This document shows, piece after piece, positions 13,290 through 26,300 of a stretch of 64,000 bases of DNA; within the stretch, counting starts at the first letter, position 1, and each line of letters begins with the position of its first letter. Both the position numbers and the translations under genes were made by a program. Location of the stretch: positions 14,570,001 through 14,634,000 of the forward strand of contig CP075494.1 in assembly GCA_021613535.1 (NCBI GenBank), in the 5' to 3' direction. Under the pieces are notes generated by a model that ran no database searches, had not been told where the DNA came from, and saw nothing but the letters and a program-made list of their open reading frames with translations. Origin of the DNA: Adineta vaga. Its lineage: Eukaryota; Animalia; Rotifera.

Positions 13290-13569
13290 TTAAAAAAGCA
13301 TGAATATGCAACTAGTTCTTATTCAAACCTATCAACCAGAGACAGTCTCTCAGCTGATGCTACATTATTTTGGAAAAAGTGAGCGATTCGAGCGACATCA
13401 TTCGATCAATAGAGCGCAAATCAGATCAAGTCAAATTGACGGCACGATTATTCAAGTAAAGTTCATTGCATACGTTCTATTTATTATTGAATAGATAGAT
13501 TATTTTCAAGTATCTTTATCTTCTAATGAACTTTGCCCTTTGATAAAAAACTTTTCTTCATCTTTTGAG

Positions 13570-15612
13570 ATGTTAACTAAACGTCATCGATATCTCTATT
13601 GTTTTCATCGACATTTATCATCGAATTCAACAAGAAAATATGATGATTATAATTATTTCAAACGAAGTCTTCTATTAACCGATCATTTTCAACATAGTTT
13701 ACCACGTTTACCAATTCCTCAATTAGATAAAACATGTGAACGTTATTTAACGGCATTAAAACCAATTTTAAACAATGATGAAAATGCTTATAAAGAGACA
13801 CAGAAAATTCTTGCTGATTTTCGTACTGGTGATGGTAAACGACTTGATGCTCAATTACGTCTTAAAAATGCATCGAATCGTAATACATCTTATATATCAA
13901 AACCTTGGTTTGAAATGTATTTAAAATCACGTTTACCATTGATATTGAATTCCAATTTCTTTCTTGTTTTTACTGATGATCAACAAAAATTAAAACCAGC
14001 AGCACGTCTTACCAATTATATTATTTCATCTATTCGTTTTATGAATACACTTCGTGCTAATTGGCTCGATCCTGAAGTTTATCATTTAAATCCCAAGAAA
14101 ACCAATACAGATCGATTTCGTAAAAATCTTCGTTTGATTCCAAAATCTCTTGCATTTTATGGTGCTTTTGTTCAAAAAGCTTTTCCATTAGATATGTCAC
14201 AATACAATCGTTTATTTAAATCAACTCGTGTACCAAAATCCGATTGTGATGTACTTGAAACATCGAATGAAAATATTCGTCATATTATTGTTATAAAACG
14301 TGGTCATTATTATAAAGTCAATGTCTTAGATGAAAATGGTGATCTATTTCCAGCAGAAACAATTGCTTCGATGATAAAATATTTAGCTGAAGATTTAAAT
14401 GACGTAGACAATGAATATCCATTAGGATATTTTACAGCTGATAAAAGAGATCGATGGGCAATGGTACGAACACAAATGGAAACAATTTCAGAACATAATA
14501 AACAAATGTTTAAAGAAATTGATAATTCAATTATGGTTATATGTTTAGGTAAGATTAGAAAACTTTGATTGAATAAAATAATCTTTCTTTTCTACTCTTC
14601 AGATGAAGATGATCCAGACAAATTGAATAAATCTTTAAATAAACAACAACAACTTGCAGAATATGTATCAGGAAAATATTTATGTTATAATGCTTCGAAT
14701 CGTTGGTATGATAAATCATTTAATATGATCATGTTATTGGATGGAACATTAGGTCTTCATTGTGAACATTCATGGGGTGATGGTGTTGCTCTACTTCGTT
14801 TTTGTAATGATATTGATAAAGATGCGAATGGAAATAATAAAATTAATTCAACAAATTATCAATTAATTAAATCATCGACAAATGATTCAATTGAAAAACT
14901 TGAATTTCATTTCGATGATCAAATCAAAAACGAATTCAACATATCCAAACAAAATTATAAAGAATTCATTTCAAAATTCAATGTAAATATCTTTCAAGAA
15001 CCAATTTTAGGAAAAAATCTATTGAAAAAATCAGCACTTAGTCCCGATGCAATTATGCAATTGGGTATTCAAATGGCTTATTATAAATTACATCATCGCT
15101 TCGTTAGTACTTATGAATCGTGTTCAACAGCGGTTTATAAACATGGTCGAACAGAAACAATTCGACCAGTAACAAATGAAACAAAGAATTTTATTGAAGC
15201 ATTAACAAAATCCAATGATGATAAATTTAAAAAAGATTTATTAAAAAAATCTTCAGAAAAACATCAACTATTAATTAAACAAGCAGCAACAGGACAAGGT
15301 TTTGATCGGCATTTATTTGCATTGAAATATTTACAAGAAATTGAAAATAAAGAAGAATTACATCGAATTTATAAAGATAAATCTTATCAATTAATGAATT
15401 ATAATATACTTTCAACATCAACTGTTGCTTCAAAACATATTGTTGCTGGTGGATTTGGACCAGTTGTCAATGATGGTTATGGTATTGGTTATTTAATCGA
15501 TGATGAACAATGTGGATTATTAGTAACATCATATTTACATAAAGAATTGCCGAGTTTTATGCAAGCTGCTGATGAAAGTTTTCGAGAATTAGCAACGATT
15601 ATTAAATCTTAA
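13570..15612 (+). CDS. CPT2: Carnitine O-palmitoyltransferase 2, mitochondrial (intron 14549-14602)
   Basis: Basic transit-like N-terminus, HFQHSLPRLPIP, AFPLDMSQY, NRWYDKSF, catalytic HSWGDG, YESCSTA, GQGFDRHL, LSTST and GGFGPVVNDGYGIGY. Confidence 0.95.
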
Positions 15613-16346
15613 AAAGAATCGGTTTTCTATGTATATGTCTTTCTACTAACCTTTAACATAAGGGTGAAATTACTAATACATAATTTTTTTTTTCATTGTT
15701 ATACATTTTCTATTAGAAAATAAATGAACTAGTCTTTCGACAATTTCTATACAAATTTATCATTAACTTTTAACAAAATGAATTGAAAAAAAGATATCCA
15801 ATGATGGCAAAAAAAGACATCTACGGTTTCCAGATTGTCTATATATTGTTGAGGAAATACATCGATAGACGTTTATTTCTTTTCTGTATTAAGACAATAT
15901 CAACACATGTTCTACTTCGAATATCTAATCGTTCTTTTCTGATAATATCAGATCAAGCAGAATCAATTGGAAACAAACATTTTTCTTTTTATGATAAGTC
16001 AAGTGACTCTTCATTGCAATTAAATAGAAGAAAGTATGTTATTTTGATTTATTAACATAGTTAAATATGAATTCTACTATATTTACAGGAAAAAAAGGTT
16101 TTCTTTTCTTTTCTTCATTGCACCCTGGTATTAACTCTAATATTTCGTTCGATTATTTCTTATTCAACTCATAAAGAACATAATGTCTGACATAAGCTTG
16201 TCTAAAGCAAATAAATATTCAAGAGAGAAAAAAAACGTCCTACAGAAGAATTAAGTGCACCAAAAAAAAAGAAAAAAGAAATCGTCCGAAGACAACACAC
16301 ATGTCATTCGATATGCAATTAATGTGATAAGAAAGAGACAAAAATC

Positions 16347-18075
16347 ATGAACATATTGCTCAATAAAACAACTAATGAACAATTAAATGATGGTAATAAA
16401 ACAACTAATTCTTTCTTTGCACGATTTAAACGATGGTTTGATGTGATGAAACAATGGAGATACACATCGATGCCACAAGTATGTCTATCCATCTTCTTAC
16501 ACTAATTTCTGTTTATATAATCATCTGTCATCGATAATAGGCGGGTTTTTTTTTCTTGAGGTCAGAATTTATTTCTATTTTAGGGTCAATTATTATTTAA
16601 TGATAAGAAGATCAATTCAATAAATATGAATGGAATAATATATGTGAATGATATTCCATTTGTTATTCCAAGACAAATTGAAGATATTCGAAAACAATTA
16701 CGACCAAGTTTTGAACGAGCAAAATTACGTATCCTACGAATGGATGAATATTTGATTTCATCAGAAGAGAAAACAAAAGCTCGACAAAGTCGACAACAAG
16801 ATACATCACTTGGTTTACGTGCATTAGCAGAAGCAGCTTTTACAATACAAAAAATAGCTTTTCGAGAAGTATTAAGCACCGATGAAACTCTACCGATTCT
16901 TGGAAAGAAGTTATTTGGAGATGATGATGATGATGATGAACATTCATCCGTTGATAAATATTTTCGTCAAACAGGAAAAATCGATCCGATAACGGATTTT
17001 CATGAAGTTCAAGATCTTGTTGCATTTGATCGAGCACTTGCTAAACATCGAATGGATATTATACATAAACCAACAATAAAACCATCAGATATGATCTATT
17101 TAAAATTCTGTTTAATGTTAGAAATTCAACGTGATGAATATGAAAGTTGTTTACGAATTATTTTACATGATATTATTTTTAAATATCATCTATCTGATTT
17201 TCATTTACGTTGTGAAATTCATGTACGAAAACCAATTGAACATGAATTTGTTTTAGAAAAGTTTGTTCGTGATTCGCATCTACAAGAAAATTATTCGGTA
17301 GAATTCGTTCTTTGGTCAGGTGATTGGATTGTTGAACAAGAAGTTGAATTGTATATTGTCATGAAAATTGAATCAATATCAATGAATAAATTTATGAATT
17401 CGAAATTTTGGGATTTAGCACATTTACATGTAAAAGATATTCCACATGGTTCATCGAGAATTTTTCTCAGAGAATTAACACCTGTCAGTCGACCACATAA
17501 AATAGTAAGTGATTAGAAAATGAAGATTTCATTTAGGTTTTTTTTTGTCTTCCAATTAGCTTTCACGACATATTCATATTGGTCAAGTAGAAATTGAAGC
17601 TGCATATTGGTCTGATACAGAACAAATATCTATTCATATTATTAAAGTTAGTCATTCACAAGCAGAACGATTATTACGAGCACCTGGTATATTTCTTGAT
17701 TTAGTATTTTTTTGAAAAATTAAGTTCTATCTATATTGATCTTTTATAGAAACATTTGTTGAAGTTATTTTTCAAGGTCCATTTGATATTTATGATATTA
17801 AACGTACAAAAGTTGCTGATCGTTCATTAAATCCAAAATTTGAAGAAGAATTTTTCTTTCAAATTCCTCATAAAATTGCCATTAGTGATATTACGATTGA
17901 TTTGATCTTTTTAGAAAAATCTTCTTTACATTATCATCCTGTTGTACATGGAACATTAACATTATCCAAACATACAGATTGGTATCCGGTACGAAAGTTT
18001 TGGAGCGATATCGAAGAAAATCCCAATATGAAATTGAAAGATCGATTTTTATTTGAAAGAAATATTTATGAATAA
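16347..18075 (+). CDS. Divergent synaptotagmin-like C2-domain protein
   Basis: Exons 16347-16478, 16584-17503, ~17560-17686 and ~17750-18075 splice in frame. The C-terminus (GQVEIEAAY...PETFVEV...KRTKVADRSLNPKFEEEFFFQIP...FW) resembles a C2B domain, with a likely degenerate C2A before it. Confidence 0.6.
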
Positions 18076-18355
18076 TTGTTTTATCGTACTTGTATGATTG
18101 TTTTTTCTGTTATTGTTAAAATAAATGTCTATATGATGATTATTAAACGCGCGACATCTGCTATGACACAAAATTGAAATATGATCCCTTTGTTCCCGGT
18201 TGACTGAGATAACCAATCGTGGTGACAAATAGACTTGAAGTGATCTTTGTCATATGCAATTCAATCGTTGACTTTCATCAATTTTTTTTAATGTAAATCT
18301 GCTTTTTATTTTTCAATAATATCTTCTAAAGCATTGTTTTTGTCAATACACACAT

Positions 18356-21300
18356 ATGGATACAACAGGATCAGAAATTACATCAACAAGTATTAATACG
18401 ACAGCTAAACATCGTTGTTCACCTTCTCCGTTGAATGTTTACTTACGTATACGACCATTTATTGGAAATGAATTTGAACGTGGTGAAAATCAAAAGTTAA
18501 TCGATATTCATGATGATAAACATATTTCTGTGAGACTTTATCCAACTATAACTAATACGCTTCGTACTTTACCAACATCATACAATGAATATGAAGTATG
18601 TTTTGATAAATTTGAGATCATCATTACTAACGAAGACAAACACTTTCATTGATATTGTTCAGGTCACTCAAATATTCGATCAAAATTGTACACAACAAGA
18701 ACTCTTTGAACAAATTCTTGTACAACCAACCGATGAAATCTTTACTGGTTCTAATTGGTTACTCTGTACACTTGGACTTACGAATAGTGGTAAATATTTG
18801 TTTTCGAATATCTTCGATTGAATGAGTTTCTATATTCTAGGTAAAACTCACACAATGTTTGGTACAAATAATGAACCCGGTTTAATTCCACAATGTCTTC
18901 AACGAATATTTCGAAATATTGGTCAAAATATAGATAATAAAGTTGTATTTAAACCAATTGGTCTGGAAAATTTAATTCCAACAATTGATTGTGATCTTAA
19001 CATGGAAATTGCTGTTCGAAATTATATTTTCAAAGATGATAAAGTAAAAGATTTCTATTCAAATAAAATACAATCGATGAGTGTTCTTGTTTGTTTAGAG
19101 TCGAATACGATTACCAAATATCATTCACAAACAGCAACAACAAAGTATCTTAGAAGATCTTTCTGTTGAAGGTAAGACAATATGATTTTCTTGAAAACAA
19201 AGTATTCATATTTGTTTAGATGAACATTATTCAATATGGATATCATTTTTTGAATTATATAATGAAAATATTCTTGATTTACTCGTTCAACCAAAAGATA
19301 TGAAAACACGAAAAAATCTTCGATTAATGCAAAATGATCATTCGACTATTATTAAAAATCTCATTCAAATTCCTGTTTTTGATCTCAAAGAAGCTGAACA
19401 TATTATTCGATTTGGTTTCGCAAATCGATCAACATCGAAAACAACTCTCAATGAAGCATCATCACGATCTCATGCTGTACTTTGTATTACCTTGATTACA
19501 ACCAACGAATTTGATGAAGAACCAATTATGAGTCACATGTGTACGAATATATCTTCTTTCCTTTTTATTTTTGCTTTGCTAACAAGTTTCGATTTGTATT
19601 AGATATTTGTGATTTGGCTGGTAATGAACCATCGATCGGTACTGGCAAACAATTAACGGAAACATGCAATATAAATACATCACTTATGACATTTAAAGAT
19701 TGTATTCGTATTCTAAATGAAAACCAAACATCTAAGTAAGAAAATATTCATGTACTCGAAAGAAGATGAAGGAGAAATATTCTTGTATTTTGATAGAAAA
19801 CAAATGCTTGTACCATATCGAAATAGTGTATTGACAAGTATTTTTCGTCCATTTTTTGTGGGTCGTGGTCGAACAATAATTTGTTGTAATATTAATCCTT
19901 GTGCAACGTTTATTACACAAACAAATGATTTAATGAAATTTTGTGCACTTGCACAAAAGGTTAATTTACCTCTTGTTTGATTCAAGATGTTCAATGATTG
20001 TTTATGTTTTCTAGACAGTTATTGTTCCTGCTGAAACAAAGATTGGTGGAAGTACAATAATACGACATCAACGAAAATCGAAAAATAAAGGACCAAAACG
20101 TCTTGCAAAGCATAGTCTTTCCAAAGAAAAGAATGAGAAAAATATGAGTAAATACGAAGGTATAAATGATTTGTTTCTCTAGAAATCAAACTCTTTCTGA
20201 ACTTATCTGTTTCCTTTTTTGATAGAACTGAATGAAACATTGTTGACAACTCCAACTAATGTAAAATCGGTAAATATTTCTCCGTCACATAATTATATGA
20301 CCTATTTGTTACTATAGATTTCGTATTGGCAATATTGTGCAAAAAAAGCATCAGATATTCTACAAAAACAAGCACTAAATCGTCGGACATTCATGATTGA
20401 ACGACAGTAATAACACATTGCAGTTGTTTTTTTTACGTATGCGAATACATTTGTTTCGATTTAGTCAAGAACGAATACAAATGGTGCAATATCTTCTTCA
20501 TCAACGGCAACACATTGCAACATTAACAAGAGATAAACAATCTGTATGTGTGAATTTCTTTTCACATCTCATATGAACTTCGAATTTGCCCTATTTTATT
20601 AGCTTACAAATCAAAATGAAATTTTAGCGAAAAATCTTCGTCTTGAACAAGATAATCAATTTCGTATACAACAACAATACAATGCACTTGTATTAAATGA
20701 AAGTCAAAATCGTCAAAAATTACTCACCATAGAAAAAGAGTATCAAGAACAAAATCGAATTGCTCATGAAGAAATTCAATCATTACAAAAACAATTGAAT
20801 AGTGTTCAAGAACAATACGAACATTTAACACACGAACATATGAAAACTATCGAACAAAGTGATCAAAAGAAACATGATGATCAAGAACGTGAACAACATC
20901 TTCATGATGAAATTCAACGATTAAAACGTGATCTTGGTTTAGAACTTTATCGTAAACAAGATGCGGAAAAGAAAGTACGACTTTGTGAAGATAAATTACG
21001 TCATGAACAAGCAGAATATCAGAAAATTCAATATGATTTTACGAAAATGAAACATGAATTGAAAACGTTACAAGTCAAATATGATGCATTACAATTAGAA
21101 ATGATTGATATACATCACAATACGAAAATCAAAACACCAGATGTTGTTCAGATATTTGTTGATCGAACATCAACGACAACTATGACTGAAGAACAAGCGA
21201 ATATTGAAGTGCAAAAACGAATTGTTCGATCAAAACGAAGAACAAATGATGAGGTAATATCGAAATAAAAACTTTGGAAAGGAAATGTTTTACTCACTAA

Positions 21301-22276
21301 TATTCAGTAATAATTCGAGTTAACGTTTCTTTTCTTCTTCTTTCCAACTTTAGAGTGAAAACGAGCAAGAAATAAAAAAACCCAAACTAATAACTCGTAG
21401 TTCATCCAATACTAGTGCTTATGCTATACCAAGAATTTGTCAACAATCAGATGAACCTGATAGCAATAAACGATCTAAGAGAATAGTGCGTAATGAATCA
21501 GTGACGTCAACTAAACAAACAAAAACAAAGCAAAAAGTATGTTCAACATTTTCTTCTTTCATATAAATACATTTTTTTACTTAGGATTCTGAAAGTAATT
21601 CACAAGTTAAATTAAAAGTAACCAATGCTCGTGGTCGACCTAAAAAGAAAACAATAGAATCCTCTCCAACACTTGCTCCTGTATCCGTACCTATTCAACA
21701 TGAATCACATTCTCCAATCTATGCTACTATTCAACGAGATCGATCACTTGATAGAGCATCATTTACTACTGTTGCTGTTAATTTATCAACAGTACAAAGA
21801 ACACCACCATCAAATGATACAGCCAGTAGAACACCGAAACCATCAACATTTAAACGTATTCAATCATTTTTCCGAGCAACTCCAAGTATGTAGTTTCAAA
21901 GAGAGGCGATAATCAAACAAAGTGTCGGTTCTTTTAATATTTTCAGCGTTAACAAGTTCTACAAAAGCGAATCGAGTTATGCAAGTAAAAAGCACTGTTG
22001 TTGCTTTTGGTTCATCTACACCGACGAATCGTATACCTGCATCTATAATTAAAACACCAGGGCCGACAGCTCATCCAACACCAACTACATCAATGGCTCA
22101 GAAAATATCAACACCAAAATCAAAATATAACCTTCGTACACGTCTCTTCAACAATCCTATCGTCAAAGATGCTGTTGAAGTAAGAAGAAAATATTTTTCA
22201 AAAACGTTGTTCACGTTTATAACATTTTTAGAAAAAAACTCAAACAATAAAGAAATCATCACGAACACGTAAATAA
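18356..22276 (+). CDS. Kinesin-6 family motor (KIF20A/B-like) with coiled-coil stalk and basic S/T-P-rich tail
   Basis: VYLRIRP, P-loop GLTNSGKT, switch I NEASSRSH, switch II DLAGNE, NINTSL and VPYRNSVLT. Coiled-coil ORF at 20795-21268. The last exon 22232-22276 ends KKSSRTRK*. Confidence 0.88.
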
Positions 22277-22747
22277 ATGTTATATCACAAATATTCAATG
22301 TAATCTTTTGTATATGTATTGTTCATAATTCTGTCTATCTTGCTGGTTTGTACCTAAAAATACATAATCTTGACGGTGTGCGTGAGAACATGAATGTAAA
22401 TATGTTTGTTATCAATACTATTTTCAGTTAAAATAAACAAAATTGACCTTGGAAACTCAACAACGGATAATCAGATATTTCACAAAACTCATCATCATCA
22501 TCATATTTTTGTTTGGATGCTTCCAGAGAAGCAGGAAAAATTACAACGATCGCGAAAACGTTCATCCGATGAGGTACTATCACTGCGCAAGAATACCGAT
22601 TCAAACACTTTACTCGTTCCTTTATAGCAAAACAAAATTAGTGATAGAAGAATGAGCAAAGATCATAATTCATAAACCTTACGAAAACGTTTGAAACAAG
22701 TATTTATCAACGTATTCGACAAATAAAAAATGACGACACATTTTGTG

Positions 22748-22977
22748 ACTATATATTGTAGAAAAGAAGAAAATGCAAGAGAGAAAAAGATGTAATTGCA
22801 CCATGACCATCACTAGACAGCATAAGATGAATGTGCATTAGAAATGTATATCAATCGAGCCGCGCTTCTGGATACAACCCAACGTTCACTTTCCTCATGA
22901 GCCGTAAGCATTAGGATGCGATTCATTCGCATATTCAGGAGCAAATCGACACTCGGTTATTTTTTTCTTTTGATCAT
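22748..22977 (+). repeat. Direct repeat, copy 1 (upstream of the intronless GPCR)
   Basis: Core 22824-22953 matches 28173-28305 except for one substitution and a 3-nt indel. Weaker similarity extends to 22748 and 22977. Confidence 0.92.
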
Positions 22978-23334
22978 GAAGATAATATAACTGTATCACA
23001 ATTCATCAAGTACAATTAAATAATATCGATCTATATCTATAAACTATTATAGAAAGTCCTTGGATGTGCGATTCAAATGCTCCTTGTATTATTTTTTTAT
23101 CAAGAGGTTAATTTGAACTTTTTGCAACGCTCTTATGCGCATAAACTTATTTTAGTGAACAGATGGAAAACAAAATCTCATTATTTATCTCTTTTTATTT
23201 GATTCCTAATCAAAGGGAAAACATAAAGCAGTTATGACGTTTTTTTTCATGATTCGCCTACATTGAAAAAGCGGAAAACATGCTTTTATCTAGCTTATGT
23301 CGCATAAAAGTCGATAATAAATATAGAGCATTAT

Positions 23335-26300
23335 ATGCTCATTATATACCAAACAGAAAATATGTTTCAAATGAAATACCAAATCTATTTCATTTTTATC
23401 CATCGGATATTAGCTACACCACAATTCAATCTTTACTTTACGACGAATGAAGTAAGTGAAAGCGAGTATGATGATAAAATAGGCATAGGATATAATTGTT
23501 TTCGACTTGCTTCAAACATGGATCAAGCAAAACGTAGTCGACAAATCTCATCTTATTGTATGAGTGAATCATCATCGAAATTTCATATTGAAAATGATCA
23601 TTCATTTCCAATATCTTCTTTTGCTGAACTTGCAAAAATAAATATTACAAGTGAAGATTTATATTTACGGTCAATACCAATAGATACTGTTGAACAATAT
23701 CAAGTTTATTTAGAAACAGATGATTTCTCATTAGCAAACCAAACCGTTTATTATTGTACATTACCAAGATTTGGAGCCTTGTGTCAATATGAATTATATT
23801 ATTATCATGAGAATTATTCCTCATTGCATGAAATCATTCATGATTATTACAAAACGTATTTTAATATTCTAACTAATATGACTTGTTATAAACATTTGAC
23901 ATGCCGTCGTGGTCATCCGCCAGCATGTTTAGATTGGACAGAGATTTGTAATGGTAAAGTTGATTGTCTTGATGGAGATTATGATGAAGAACATTGTTGG
24001 CAACTTGAATTAAACAAATGTAATGGAAATGAATATCAATGTAAAAATGGATTATGTATACCGTATGAATTTGTTCGAGATGATCAGGACACGTTTGATT
24101 GCATTGATAGATCGGATGAACTAGTAGAAAAAAGTATTCAATCGGGCGTAGGTGAGGCCATCGAACCAGCATTTGGATATGAAGATGTGATGTGTCAACG
24201 CACATTTGTCACAAGCTCTTGTATACACGACCGCGATACAATATTACTCGAATCGATGTTTTCAGTTAAAGATAATAATGTATCGAATGAATGTTGGTCA
24301 GCTGTTAAATGTTATCTTGCTATGTCAACTTCAGAATATCCGATCGTAAGTTATTACATTATAGAGAATGAATGTATACCCACCATAACAAAAGAGTGTC
24401 CCGATATGTTACCTATTCCTAACATTCCACTTTTCTTCGGTCATGTTTATACAATTTATAATAGAAGTGAATTAATCAGTCCCCATCGCGCAGTTATTCC
24501 TTATTTATGTTCGAACAAATCTCTTCATGACGACTCTCTTACTTCTGTGTTCAATACACCAGTGAATAATACAACGTGCTATAAAATTTCGGAATTGACT
24601 TTGGCATCATCTGGTTCACCTAGTTTCACTTATCGATTTCATAGACCTATGGATAACGTTTTCCAACAGATAAAACAGTATTATCCAATAGTTAATTTTC
24701 CTCAGTATCGATGTAACGAATCCAATTTATATCAATGTTTCAATTCAACTAAATGTATTTCATTTACTCGTTTAATCGATGATATACATGATTGTCCTTA
24801 CAGTGATGATGAAAATATTCATGAAGATACGAATCCTCAGCTGTTCGCACAATTTAAACACAAATTTTATAAATGCTATGTTACTAATATATATATTCCG
24901 CTATCAGCAGTTTTTAACTGGCAATGCGATTGTGGATACGACGAATATAATTTCTGTGAAGATGAATACCAAGTTGAATATACAAATCACACGCGAAGAA
25001 TTATCTCTTTTCAAACAATGTGTGATGGTTTCCAGGAATTATATCCAATAGCGATAGATGGAACAAACTATACGGATGAAACTGAATGTGAACAATGGGA
25101 ATGTGATAACATATATACTCGTTGTGATAAAGTGCGGAATTGCTTCGATGGAAAAGATGAAGTGCACTGTAATCCTGTAATATCATCATTACTTAATTGT
25201 TCTTCGGATTCTCGAATGTGTGTAACATTAGATACATATCAACTGACATGTTTACCGATTAATCAATTTAATGATGGTCATGTCGATTGTCTGGGTGGTA
25301 CAGATGAATTAACATTATGTCGATATCCTTATTTACATGTAGATCAAGGATTTTATTGCGTGAGCGACACGGGCTCATTTTGTCTACAAGATCATGCACT
25401 ATGTTCAAACTCTTCGTTGTGTTTATATGACGATGATGATCTATTTTGTGAAAAAAATCGATCATTTGCGGTAAATTTTGGTATTTGCGTATACAACTAT
25501 ATATTTTTGGGTTCTGATGTTGAAAAGTTTTTATGTGATAGTACGCAACCGAAACCTAAAGCAAGAGCAAAATATTTTCGAATCAATGGATTCAATGAAT
25601 CATATGCAATTGAAGTCGACGAGAATGAACTAACCAATGTCGTCGCTGTAGGTAATGACCTACTTCCAATCTCGCTTATTGATAATCCTCGTTGTAATCG
25701 TGGTCTTGATGTACGTGTTTGGTTAAATAAATCATTCAATCTTTATACAAGTACATGTCTTTGCCCACCATCTTATTATGGAAATCAATGTCAATATCAA
25801 AATCAACGTGTAAGTCTGGCAATTAGATTTCATACTTCAGTTCAATCAAGACACATTTTATATGCAATCTTAGTTCTACTTATTGATGATACAAATCAAC
25901 GAATTATTCATTCATTTGAACAATTTACTTATTTATCAATACGAGATTGTAAAATTAAATTTAATCTTTATTTACTTTACTCAACTCGACCCAAACATCC
26001 AAATCGAACTTATTCCATCCATGTTGATATTTATGATAAACATTCTCTCACATATCGATCAAGTTTTGTTTATCCAGTGAAATTCTCATTCTTACCAGTT
26101 CATCGCCTAGCATTCATTGTGAATATTCCATCAGAAGACTCTCCAGATGAGACTTGCTCATCATACAGGAAATGTATTCATGGAAGATGCATAAACTATT
26201 TCAATACAAAGCAAACATTTTGCCAGTGTAAAGAAGGCTGGTCTGGAGAATATTGTGATATTCCATATAATCATAATTGTTCATCTAATTCATTGTCTAT

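Noticed and set aside
22330-22747. Remnant of a second GPCR upstream of repeat copy 1 (HIFVWMLPEK resembles FLIFVMPSK)
   Set aside because: The similarity is a few residues only, with no nucleotide match to 27900-28140 that I can see.
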